From assembly GCA_965205025.1 (NCBI GenBank), contig CBDBFU010000007.1, positions 1 to 64,000 on the forward strand: a DNA stretch of 64,000 nucleotides, in the 5' to 3' direction. The position numbers and the translations under genes are program-made. Under the pieces are notes generated by a model, which was given only the letters and a program-made list of their open reading frames with translations, was not told where the DNA came from and did no database searches. The stretch comes from Candidatus Poribacteria bacterium (GTDB lineage: Bacteria > Poribacteria > WGA-4E > WGA-3G). Positions 51,733 through 61,314 of the stretch are shown in pieces; position 1 is the stretch's first letter; the number at the start of each line of letters is the position of its first letter.

Positions 51733-54306
51733 TTAAATGGTTGTTAATACGGCACTGAGAGCATCCCAGAAAGGATTTTCATTTGTTTCATTATAGAATG
51801 GTAAACCAATCAAACGGAAATCTTTGCTATCAATAGTTAAAAGTTTGTCTTTAAATTCGGCAGTTATCTCTTTCATGAATCTTTCTTTCCATCTGTCAGT
51901 CGGTTGAAGAAATTTACCTTTAGGTTCAACGAAAAATTGAAAACAGACTAATTCTCCTTTTTTCTGTTGAAGGAACAAAGCGAAATCAGGATAAAACGCC
52001 TGCCCATCGGAGAAGTTATAGATTGCAAAGTGCTTCTCGTTGCGAAGAAGATAGATCTCGTTATGATTTACACCTAAGTCCTTAACCTTTCTGATTAATA
52101 GATCAACAAAGGCTTTTTCTTCACTTGTGCCGTAGAGCGCATTAAAGGCATACCAGTTTTCATTTTCAAATTGCCGATCAATAGTTGCGCGTGGGTTACG
52201 TTCGTCAAACTTCAAGAGTTTATCTTTAAAAATATTGTGGATTTGTTTCGGGCGGAAGTGTTTTGTTCCCTGGAATTCAGTTGCTTGTTCTCGAATTTCG
52301 GATTCGATTTGACTTAACAGCCCCTTACATGCTGACAGTTTTACTGAACGATTTTCATCCAAATCGGAGATATTTCCCTTGAAAGTGATTGCCAAACCAC
52401 CCAATAAGTTCTCCGATGTCATAAATTCACGGATAGATGTTAAATGTGGGAAATAGTGTTTGAGCGATGCAAACGTGAAAAACGGATTGTACGCAATTGC
52501 TGTTCTCAGAATATTCTGTTCAATATCACAAATAGGTATGTCCTGTGCATCTTCGTGCTGTTCCGAAGTTGGTGCCTCATTCTCCATAACGGTAGTTTGA
52601 CCTACGAAACCTGTATGCATGATATGCTCGTAGTTTTTCTGTTTCACACTTAGACTTGCCAAGTCGTTAAAGGAGTTAACATGCTGATAATCTGTTGGGG
52701 CCTGATCATTAAGCCAGATAACACCGTATTTATAAAAATTGGTTCTCTTGAATTTATCCTTCAACTTTAGCTTGCGAGTTACAAGGCGTTCGTCCATCAT
52801 GCCTTGTTGAATTAGGGCAGTGCTGATTTCAGAGATGTAGCGCGAATCGTTAATACTATGGTAATGGAGTTCTTCCAACACACGGAGTTCATGGTTTCGT
52901 TCCTCATCAAACTTACGGAGAAACCGATCTGGATAGTCTGGCAGCACAAAAGGAAAATAACGTGCACCGCGTCCAATAAGTTGTGCTTCGGAAATTGTTG
53001 TCTTACCGATTTTACCTTGTCCTGAGTCTCGGGTTTCGTAGCAACGGACAATATCAAATAGGTTCAGTACATCCCAACCTTCATTGAGTTTTTGCACGGC
53101 AAAGATAGCACGGATCGGATTGTTTTTGTCTTCAAGTGTGTTTACCTGTATCTGATAATTTTTCTTTTCATCTTCATCGTTAACTGAGAGGCAGTATGCT
53201 TCCTGAAATTCGTGCTTCAGACGTTGTATCAGTTGTTCAGTGTTTATTCCGTTTTCATTAAAAAAGCGGAATGCCTGTTGAATAATCTCAGACTTTGATT
53301 TCCGAATGACTTGGATTTGGGCATCGGTTAGTCCTTCAATCAGTTTGTGAAAGTTATCCTTGTTTTCTTCTGATTGCGCGATTGTCTTTTGTGCCTTGAA
53401 CAGAATAACTGGTTTTAGGTTAATACCGTTTTTCTCAGCAACCTCCTGCTTATAGTAATTGAGTATGAGTGCTTGCAAGATACGGGAGTCCTGATCTAAA
53501 TCGGAATGCACAAGTTCCACTTCTTTTGAATACTTGTCATTCCGATAATTTATTAGGTCATACTGATAGATAATTTTATTCCGATATTTTTGGACCATCG
53601 CTGGTGTTTCATAATCGTGTGTAGCGGTGAATTCCAACAATAGATTAGCGTCATTGGACGTAAAGATGCGCTGCACCGTGTTTTCCCAACTTTCAAATAA
53701 CTCCATTCCTATTTGTGTCTTTGTGCTAACGTTCATGTGATGTGCTTCATCTGCCAATAACACAATTTGCTGTTCAGCGAAATTCTCATAGGTTAAAGTA
53801 TTTTCTTTTTCCGTTGTCATGTCGGTGTGGAGTTGCTGTATCGTTGTAAAGCAGATATTGATGTCATTTTCGTTGACTCCTTCAAAATTCTCTACTTGCG
53901 TCACTGCTATCGGTTTCCCTTCAAAACGGATGTCTTGACTGAAAAGGTATTTCGCTGTGCGCGGGTTAAGGAAGTTGTCCTTTGTCTTTTCAATGATATT
54001 GGTAGAGTTGACGAAAAAGAGGAAGTTACGATACCCTTTTTCATAGAGGTAGAGAATCAAACCTGCCATGATGAGCGTTTTGCCACTACCAGTTGCCATG
54101 TTGAACAGTAGATGTAGAGGTATTTCCTTCTCCTCAAAATCGTTTTCAAAACAGAGAATAAACCGTGTGAATGCTTCCTCTTGGTAAGGACGGAGTGGGA
54201 AGGTAGGGTTTAGGTTATCTCTTATGTATGCGGGAATTTCGGTGTCTCGAAGGGTTTTCCGTCCGAATTCCTCTAATACTGTTTCGTGTAAGAATTTATT
54301 CTGCAT
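51733..54306 (-). CDS. res: Type III restriction enzyme Res subunit
   Basis: LRPYQ, FNMATGSGKT, DEAHH, EGWDVLNLFDI, QLIGRGARY, FYPDF..VEPKG. Confidence 0.93.
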   Translation of the reverse strand: MQNKFLHETVLEEFGRKTLRDTEIPAYIRDNLNPTFPLRPYQEEAFTRFILCFENDFEEKEIPLHLLFNMATGSGKTLIMAGLILYLYEKGYRNFLFFVNSTNIIEKTKDNFLNPRTAKYLFSQDIRFEGKPIAVTQVENFEGVNENDINICFTTIQQLHTDMTTEKENTLTYENFAEQQIVLLADEAHHMNVSTKTQIGMELFESWENTVQRIFTSNDANLLLEFTATHDYETPAMVQKYRNKIIYQYDLINYRNDKYSKEVELVHSDLDQDSRILQALILNYYKQEVAEKNGINLKPVILFKAQKTIAQSEENKDNFHKLIEGLTDAQIQVIRKSKSEIIQQAFRFFNENGINTEQLIQRLKHEFQEAYCLSVNDEDEKKNYQIQVNTLEDKNNPIRAIFAVQKLNEGWDVLNLFDIVRCYETRDSGQGKIGKTTISEAQLIGRGARYFPFVLPDYPDRFLRKFDEERNHELRVLEELHYHSINDSRYISEISTALIQQGMMDERLVTRKLKLKDKFKRTNFYKYGVIWLNDQAPTDYQHVNSFNDLASLSVKQKNYEHIMHTGFVGQTTVMENEAPTSEQHEDAQDIPICDIEQNILRTAIAYNPFFTFASLKHYFPHLTSIREFMTSENLLGGLAITFKGNISDLDENRSVKLSACKGLLSQIESEIREQATEFQGTKHFRPKQIHNIFKDKLLKFDERNPRATIDRQFENENWYAFNALYGTSEEKAFVDLLIRKVKDLGVNHNEIYLLRNEKHFAIYNFSDGQAFYPDFALFLQQKKGELVCFQFFVEPKGKFLQPTDRWKERFMKEITAEFKDKLLTIDSKDFRLIGLPFYNETNENPFWDALSAVLTTI

Positions 54307-54336
54307 TCTCCTGATTTCTTTTAAGAATGATAGGAA

Positions 54337-54827
54337 TTATATAACCCATTTTTCTTTTTTTATTAAATCCACAACTTTGATACATTCAATTTTAAAGTGC
54401 ATGCAAACATCAGGTATTTTTGGTCTTTTTACACTACCCGTAAGGTTTTCCTCGGTTACAACAGTACAATTTTCTGTGATTAGTGCGTAAGCAATACACC
54501 AAGGGTCTGCTCCTGATTTTCCAGACCGACTGTCTACAAGACGCGGGAATTCTGCTAATATCTCACGGACTTTTTCTTGAACAGGTATATCAATTCCTCA
54601 TATAGGTATTGTCTGAATTGATTTTGGTTACACCACTGTTTTATTTCAGGATCTTTCATAGTTTCTTCAAAAACAACTTGTGACATTTTCAACCTATGAC
54701 TTCGAATCAGTTGTTCAATCTTATTCCATAAAGTAGGAAAGGAATTGATTGGATAGTGTTCATGAAATGCAGCGATTGTGGAACTGGTGTCTATGCTATA
54801 GATGTTAACTTCAGACTGATTATTCAT
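54337..54827 (-). CDS. DUF4411 PIN-like protein, frameshifted near 54590
   Basis: YSIDTSS..YPINSFPTLW; other frame continues GADPWCIAYA..VVTEE..KIPDVC. Confidence 0.82.
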
Positions 54828-56038
54828 TTAAAAATAGAACTTTCAATTTTAGAAAGATGTTTTGTGGCACAATTGGAAAAAACAGATGTTAAATCTGCAA
54901 GTGTAATTTTGTCTTCATAATACGCGCTGAAAGCAGTGCGCGCAAAATACTCTCCAGTAGCGTTAAGTAACCGCGTATGATAATGTGGAAAACCTTTAGG
55001 ATTTTGATCGGTCTCGTTATACTTATTTTGTTGTTCAATTCTAAATGTTTGGTACATTTGTCGTGTGATCTTTTTGAGTGTTAACAACCGTCGCATGATA
55101 ACTTCAATACTAACCCCAAAGTGTTGACATGCTTCGGTTAATAATTTTAAACTGAAGGGAGGTTCTACTATTGTTAGTAGTTCTTTTTCAGGAACTAACA
55201 CTTCTGCTGCAACTTGATTACAGAAGACTTCCACCGGGTCTACATTTTGAAAACTGACATCTTCGTATTTCATATTCTGAATGATACTTTCCCCAAGAGC
55301 AATATGTACTAATTCGTGTAAAATCGTAAAAATTCGTCCATTAGGACTGTCTTGAGAATTTAAAACGATAACGGGAAAAGGTTTTTGTGCAATACAGAAT
55401 CCGCGGAAAGTTTTCAATTCAACAGAAAGGTGTGTGTTAGCAGAAGTTTGACAAACGAGAATCCCTTTTGACTCCACAGTCCGTTTCCAAAACTTCAATA
55501 CTTTATAACGATCCTTGGTTCGTGGGAGTATTTCAGTATTAGTGTTTAGAAATTTCCTTATTTTCTCGGCAGCGCGGATGTATGTTTCATTACGATTGAC
55601 CTTTATTGAGACTTCAGGAAAAGGCATATCTAACAATTCATAAAAGTCAATCAATGTTTCCCGTCTATCAAAAACTTCAAGAATATTCGCTTTCAATCTA
55701 TAGGTCTGCTCATTATCGGGAGCGGTAGTCTGTGGCAATACACGATAGTCTGTAAGTGGGTGAAAATCGGTAGGTGGTTTCGGCAAGTAGAAAATAGAGA
55801 CATGCGTCTTATAGATATTGGCAATCTTCTTTAATTGCGCGAAGGTCGGTTGTTCTTTACCGTCTTCCCAGTCAGTAAGACGTTCTGGGTCAATTTTTAG
55901 TTTTTCTGCCGCCAAATCAAGATCTAAGTTGATACGCCTTTCCCGCGCCCACTTTAGAACTTCTGGCGTAATGAGTGCTTTTACAGATTTAGCCATAGTA
56001 TTTATTCCTACTAAATTTGAAGAGGGTAAATCAATCAC
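54824..56038 (-). CDS. XRE-HTH plus ImmA/IrrE metallopeptidase
   Basis: VLKWARER..WEDGKEQPTFAQL; RIFTILHELVH; EVFCNQVAAEVLVP. Confidence 0.92.
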   Translation of the reverse strand: MIDLPSSNLVGINTMAKSVKALITPEVLKWARERRINLDLDLAAEKLKIDPERLTDWEDGKEQPTFAQLKKIANIYKTHVSIFYLPKPPTDFHPLTDYRVLPQTTAPDNEQTYRLKANILEVFDRRETLIDFYELLDMPFPEVSIKVNRNETYIRAAEKIRKFLNTNTEILPRTKDRYKVLKFWKRTVESKGILVCQTSANTHLSVELKTFRGFCIAQKPFPVIVLNSQDSPNGRIFTILHELVHIALGESIIQNMKYEDVSFQNVDPVEVFCNQVAAEVLVPEKELLTIVEPPFSLKLLTEACQHFGVSIEVIMRRLLTLKKITRQMYQTFRIEQQNKYNETDQNPKGFPHYHTRLLNATGEYFARTAFSAYYEDKITLADLTSVFSNCATKHLSKIESSIFK

Positions 56039-56108
56039 AACTACAACTTAATACTTGATGTGGTGTGTCGTTATGTTATCCGCTAAACGAAACAGAGTCA
56101 GTATAGGG

Positions 56109-56453
56109 TTAATTCCCTTTTGTTATCAGAGCAACGGTAATTGAAACAATACTAAGAATACTGATGCCTGCAATCCACCACAAGCGTTTTACTAACCCTT
56201 TGTGGCAATCCAAAACTCTCTGAATATCTTTTTTCAGGTCAGTCTCAACTTTGAGAATGCTTTCTTTTAGGTCAGTCTCAACTTTGAGAATGCTTTCTTT
56301 TAGGTCAGTCTCAACTTTGAGAATATCTTTTTTCAGGTCAGTCTCAACTTTTTGAATACTATAATTAAGGCGCGCTTCAGCATCTGTCTCCCCCAGAAAT
56401 CGTTTCTTTTTTAAACTCTCAAGTTCTTCATCATTATAATCGTTTTGATTCAA
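56109..56453 (-). CDS. Small coiled-coil protein with four 11-aa repeats and a C-terminal TM anchor
   Basis: (KVETDLK[K/E][D/S]I[L/Q]) x4, seen as 33-bp tandem repeats at about 56221-56356. Confidence 0.7.
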   Translation of the reverse strand: MNQNDYNDEELESLKKKRFLGETDAEARLNYSIQKVETDLKKDILKVETDLKESILKVETDLKESILKVETDLKKDIQRVLDCHKGLVKRLWWIAGISILSIVSITVALITKGN

Positions 56454-56464
56454 CTATGTTCTCC

Positions 56465-57343
56465 TTACGAAATGTAATCCTGGCTATACTTTTCGTCTAA
56501 ATATTGGGCAATACTTTCCAATTCCTTTACTTGTCGGCGTGCAAAGTATCCGAAAATGTAAAGATCTTTTTCTTTGAGGTGAGTATCTATATTGTTGTCA
56601 AAATATGCCTTAATGTGTTTCAGAGAGTAGTCAAGATTTTCGTATATGTCAGATATATTATCATCAGGCTCTCCCCTCTCTTTGAGATCAGATTTAAACT
56701 CATTAACTGAACTTAAGATTGAATCGACATGACCGCCTACCATAAAGGTATGTGGTGATTCTTCGAAAAAGATAGCGTCATATATTTTTTCAAACCAGTA
56801 AGATGTAATGTGAAAGGTATTTGACAGTTTTTTATTTTTAAATTTCCTTCGATGCTTTAATTCTTCATCACGTAAGGTGTTAATTACTCTGTTTAAGATT
56901 TTCCTGAAAATATATTTTTGGTTTGCTATCAAGTCAGGAACTTTAGTGGAGATTGGTACTTTACCGATTTCTTTATTTTTTAAGTGTTCCTTAGTGTCAA
57001 TGCAAATCTGTAGGATATTTTCTAATGATGAATCTTTAGTATATGGAATTTTGAGAGATTCATGGAGTTTTTCAATTGATGTTTGCTGCGCAATAAGAGA
57101 GTCAAGAACATCATAAGCAGGCAAAAACTCTATACCTTTATCAGAACTATCAACGTCTTCATTAAGGAAATCTTCTAAGACTCTTTCTGTATCTTCAATA
57201 TCATCCATGGCATTACATAGTATATGCCACATTGCACGATCTTGTAACAAGATGTGCTGTTTTCGGGGCATATTGATTAAATCTCGGATTTCACTCATTC
57301 GTTCATAGAGAGTATTCTTAATCATTTTATACCTTTCTATCAT
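56465..57343 (-). CDS. Hypothetical protein
   Basis: 292-aa open frame, co-oriented with its neighbours; a paralogous remnant lies at about 63335-63480. Confidence 0.7.
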   Translation of the reverse strand: MIERYKMIKNTLYERMSEIRDLINMPRKQHILLQDRAMWHILCNAMDDIEDTERVLEDFLNEDVDSSDKGIEFLPAYDVLDSLIAQQTSIEKLHESLKIPYTKDSSLENILQICIDTKEHLKNKEIGKVPISTKVPDLIANQKYIFRKILNRVINTLRDEELKHRRKFKNKKLSNTFHITSYWFEKIYDAIFFEESPHTFMVGGHVDSILSSVNEFKSDLKERGEPDDNISDIYENLDYSLKHIKAYFDNNIDTHLKEKDLYIFGYFARRQVKELESIAQYLDEKYSQDYIS

Positions 57344-57755
57344 TGCTTAATGAATTCTTATTTAATGATCCACTAAAAGTTGGTGCTGTAGCATCATGGA
57401 ACAGTCAGAATAGTGAGAGTTAACGTGTGTCGGTTCCACCTAAACCGATTTGAATTAGTATAACATAAGAATTAAAAATTACCAATTCCACCTTAGACTT
57501 AAAATAATACCATCTTTTCATAACATCAGCTAACAATTTCATAAATTTTTCTTTCATTCATCAGTCATTTCCCAATTTCAAACCGTGCAACTATAACCTA
57601 TCATGTTAATATTGAAATTTCACAATTTCTGTGGTGTAATATTATCAATTGCCACGGGCGAAACGCTGCTCCAGGCCGCGTGATTAACGTGCTGCGGTTC
57701 GTACATTCCTATATCTTTGGTAATGGTAACAATGGTAGAATGCAGGCATCAACCG

Positions 57756-60665
57756 TCAATTTTCCAGATCCAACAAATCAAATCTTCCCTCTTGTAGCAA
57801 ATTATCACGCGCTTGGACTGCTTGCTGACATACGCGTTCATCAGTGCTATTGAGTCCCGCATTTAGGATGGTTTTTGCTTCTTCGATCAGAATATAGACA
57901 TTGTCTTTTTTCCCTTTGGTCAACTTAAAGAAGCATTCAACTACTTTTTCGGTATGTTCGGGCAGCATTTCACACAACGTTTTAAAATGTAAACCACAAT
58001 CTTCTACTTGACAAACATCGAGTACTTTTGAATAAGCTTGCAATCTCCATTTAGCCTCTAAACACTTAGCTTGTAACCAAATAGTAAAATATCGGAGTTC
58101 TGTCGATTCTTTCTGTTCAAAACGCCAATTAAAGAATTTTTTTACTCTGGCTTTCATACTTGGATCTAAGTGTTTTCCGGTGTTCCGCAATCGGTGCCCG
58201 ATATCGTTGAACAAATTTGCCCAATGTTCTGGTTTTTTCTCAGTTTGCTGGTAAAATTGTTCAAGTAAACTTTCTTGACCTTTAAGTGGAAACATTTCCC
58301 ACAGATAATAGGTGAAGATATGCTCCCCGAAGACATCAATTGGTTGTCGTGCAAAGTGATCATGCTTTTTGAACTCAGATAAATGCTGTAAGGCAAAATT
58401 GAAATCGTCTTTAAGAATCTCAAATAGTGGCTTAACTGCACCATTACAGAGAACAAAGCTACTAAATGCCGCGTACCACTCTTGGCGTTTACTTTGTGTT
58501 TTCGGAAAAAAATCGGATTTATGTTTAATTGTCCATTTCTCATTGAAACTATAAATTGAACCATAATTCTTACCCAAAATAGCATACTCAGGCGGCGTTA
58601 AGGGATAATCGGTTTCTGATGTAAACCGTTTTTCAAGAATCGTTATTATTTCGGGAACTTCACATTCAGGTTCATGTCTCTGCACCCAGAAACCGAATTT
58701 AATAAGGTCATCTAATGCTCGACTTCGTGTATTATTGACACCTTCCGTTAGTGGATCATTCTTATATAAATTCTGCAGGTGTCTTTTATCCAAGTTCCAA
58801 TCATATTGTGTGCAAAGTATGCCCAAAATCTTAGCAAGTTTTTTTCGGACAGTAATGGGGACATCTGTCTCCTTTTCAAGACATACACCGATAAAGTCCC
58901 CGACTGCTCGTCTTGCAATGGTCCAGCTCTGATTCTCGCGGGATTCATCGCCTTGTGTATAGTCTGAACCGTGCTCACGATCAGGATGTGAAAGCACCCA
59001 TTCGCTGAATGCTAACCATTCGTTGAGTTGGTCAAAGTTCCTTTCCTTTACATGTGCTTGCATTGCATAAATCATTACACGTACATAAATGGGTCTCTCA
59101 ATCTGATGACGATTTTTCATCCAAAACTTTAGTCTGTTAGGATCGGGAATGATTGATTTCCTAAAAATGGTTTGAAATGTGTTGGCAAGTGCTTCAATAT
59201 TAATTTCTACATATTTTTCATTTTCGTAGAATTTATCTTCATCATCCCAAACATTTATGACGTTGAGAAGATTATCATCAGTTAACATTGCAAGTTCTTG
59301 GTGTGAATAAGGGCTACGTTTAGATACAGCAACTGATCGAACCTCTGCTTTAGTAGGGATACAATCCTCATCAAAAATTCGGGAAGTGCCTTCAGTCTCT
59401 AACTCTTGGAGATAGGTTTCATATTTTCCAAATAGTACAGGTGCAAAAGGAGTAAACTGTATTCGATGGCGACGACGTTTATACTGCAGGAAATCCTCAT
59501 CATTAGATTCAATACCAAAAAATTCCACCATCCTCTTTTGGTAATCTATTTTTGATGTTCCTGCAAGAATAGCATCAAAGATTTGTGTTCGTTCTTCTTT
59601 CGTGAGTAAAGTCTCCCCAAAATGCTCGCAAGCACCCCGTATCATCAGTTGGAATTCATAGGAATGATACCATCGATTGTAATATTCAGGAGTTAGAATC
59701 AATTCCAGAATCCACGGTTTGGTTTGTTCACTTGGGTATTTGGCATAAAGATGGTGGCGAAGGCGTTTGAAAATATTCCAATGTTGATTTCGTAAAATTT
59801 TGTTTAATTCCACTATTTCATTTGGTAATTTTTCAAACACTTTTTCGCACGCATAGGTCAGCGTGTGTACAAGTGATTCCTCGGAAGTTCCACCGTCTTT
59901 ACCTGATTTGTAAAGGCAAGGACACCAGGACCAGGAAGCGTCTTTCTCTATATTAAAATCTTGTTTATGTTTTCGTAAATAGATCATATTTGCTGTAGCA
60001 TCAATCAATATACAAGCAACTTTGTAAGGATCCCTTTCGGTTATAGGTCGGATACCTTTCATCATTATATCACGGTATTCCCCAGGGAACATGCGGGGTG
60101 AAGGTACAAGCATAGCATTACTGTCACTTGGATTTTCTATTCTGAGTTTCTGTTTACTCTCTGACTGGGGGTCGGGTGCAAATTTAACCAATATTTTTGC
60201 GAGTTCCAATGCTGCAGATGTCTGATTTTCCTCTGCCCATTGTGCCAATATTTTCCCGAATTTGTGTGTTTGGAGTTGATGTTCCATACCAGCATACTCA
60301 AGTATTTTATCTTTTAGTTTCACCGATTGTTTTCCGGTAAGCTGCAATGCGATATCTAAAATTCCATCATAGACAACTGGGTTATCAACTGTTGGCAGAT
60401 TCACTACTAAATTGATAACTTCATTTGGGAAATCGGTACATACGTTTTTGAGGTATCGAATTTCGGGCCAGTATGGGTATATAACGGTTCCATCATCAAA
60501 TCGTTGGATTTTTGGAGGGTATTTAAAACAGTCCCGTTCGACAAGCGGTTTGAGCCATAATGGATTTTCCAAGCGTGAGAAAAAATACTGGCGCGCAGTT
60601 ATCTTGTTGATTGAGGCAAGTGCCTTATCTATAAGCTCATCGGTTGGCTTCGTCCAAGATTTCAT
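57756..60665 (-). CDS. Large hypothetical alpha-helical protein (969 aa)
   Basis: RQYFFSRLENPLWLKPL..YWPEIRYL..EGVNNTRSRALDDL; no catalytic motif recognised. Confidence 0.75.
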   Translation of the reverse strand: MKSWTKPTDELIDKALASINKITARQYFFSRLENPLWLKPLVERDCFKYPPKIQRFDDGTVIYPYWPEIRYLKNVCTDFPNEVINLVVNLPTVDNPVVYDGILDIALQLTGKQSVKLKDKILEYAGMEHQLQTHKFGKILAQWAEENQTSAALELAKILVKFAPDPQSESKQKLRIENPSDSNAMLVPSPRMFPGEYRDIMMKGIRPITERDPYKVACILIDATANMIYLRKHKQDFNIEKDASWSWCPCLYKSGKDGGTSEESLVHTLTYACEKVFEKLPNEIVELNKILRNQHWNIFKRLRHHLYAKYPSEQTKPWILELILTPEYYNRWYHSYEFQLMIRGACEHFGETLLTKEERTQIFDAILAGTSKIDYQKRMVEFFGIESNDEDFLQYKRRRHRIQFTPFAPVLFGKYETYLQELETEGTSRIFDEDCIPTKAEVRSVAVSKRSPYSHQELAMLTDDNLLNVINVWDDEDKFYENEKYVEINIEALANTFQTIFRKSIIPDPNRLKFWMKNRHQIERPIYVRVMIYAMQAHVKERNFDQLNEWLAFSEWVLSHPDREHGSDYTQGDESRENQSWTIARRAVGDFIGVCLEKETDVPITVRKKLAKILGILCTQYDWNLDKRHLQNLYKNDPLTEGVNNTRSRALDDLIKFGFWVQRHEPECEVPEIITILEKRFTSETDYPLTPPEYAILGKNYGSIYSFNEKWTIKHKSDFFPKTQSKRQEWYAAFSSFVLCNGAVKPLFEILKDDFNFALQHLSEFKKHDHFARQPIDVFGEHIFTYYLWEMFPLKGQESLLEQFYQQTEKKPEHWANLFNDIGHRLRNTGKHLDPSMKARVKKFFNWRFEQKESTELRYFTIWLQAKCLEAKWRLQAYSKVLDVCQVEDCGLHFKTLCEMLPEHTEKVVECFFKLTKGKKDNVYILIEEAKTILNAGLNSTDERVCQQAVQARDNLLQEGRFDLLDLEN

Positions 60666-61278
60666 TGATACTCCTCATTCTTCCAAATTCGCTTGTTGCA
60701 GCATCGTATAAGAATTGCTCTAATATCTGGAAGTGTTTTTTCACTTCAGAGACCTCAATCTCACTAAAATCACCTTTCTGCAGATGAGCATGTTCATTAA
60801 ACCATCGTCTTGCTTTCTGCCATTCTTGAAAAAAATTCTTACCAATCTTTACTCCATCTTTGTAACCTAAAAAATCACTAAAAAAGAGGCTATTAATAGT
60901 TGCGTCTCTAAGATTGCCTTTTTTGTGTTCATCAATCAGATCTTTTACCTTTTTGCAAATTTCAGTAGGGATTAAATGTTCTTTCGGAGCGTCATCATCT
61001 GAATGAAATCCTTCTTCTCCCCATTCATCTTCCCACTCGTCTTTGAAATCAGCTACAAGTTCTTTATAGTCGACCCATCCCTTATCAATTTCTCTATTAA
61101 CAACTACCTTAACAAGTATGGTCATCAAATCTCTACCTACATGGGATACAAGTGTAATATAACCTGATGATTTTCTGTTGAGTAGATCTACCGCGCCTTT
61201 GTAAGCTTTAGCAAACAACGGTAACTGGAGATTATCGTTTAGCCAGTCATAGATAGTTTGTTGGTTTGATGTTAGCAT
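60637..61278 (-). CDS. Hypothetical protein, possibly HEPN-like
   Basis: 213 aa; RRWFNEHAH resembles the HEPN Rx4-6H motif; overlaps the downstream gene by 29 nt. Confidence 0.6.
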   Translation of the reverse strand: MLTSNQQTIYDWLNDNLQLPLFAKAYKGAVDLLNRKSSGYITLVSHVGRDLMTILVKVVVNREIDKGWVDYKELVADFKDEWEDEWGEEGFHSDDDAPKEHLIPTEICKKVKDLIDEHKKGNLRDATINSLFFSDFLGYKDGVKIGKNFFQEWQKARRWFNEHAHLQKGDFSEIEVSEVKKHFQILEQFLYDAATSEFGRMRSINEILDEANR

Positions 61279-61314
61279 TATTATACTTCAAAAAACTCTA
61301 TTAATTAAGATGAT

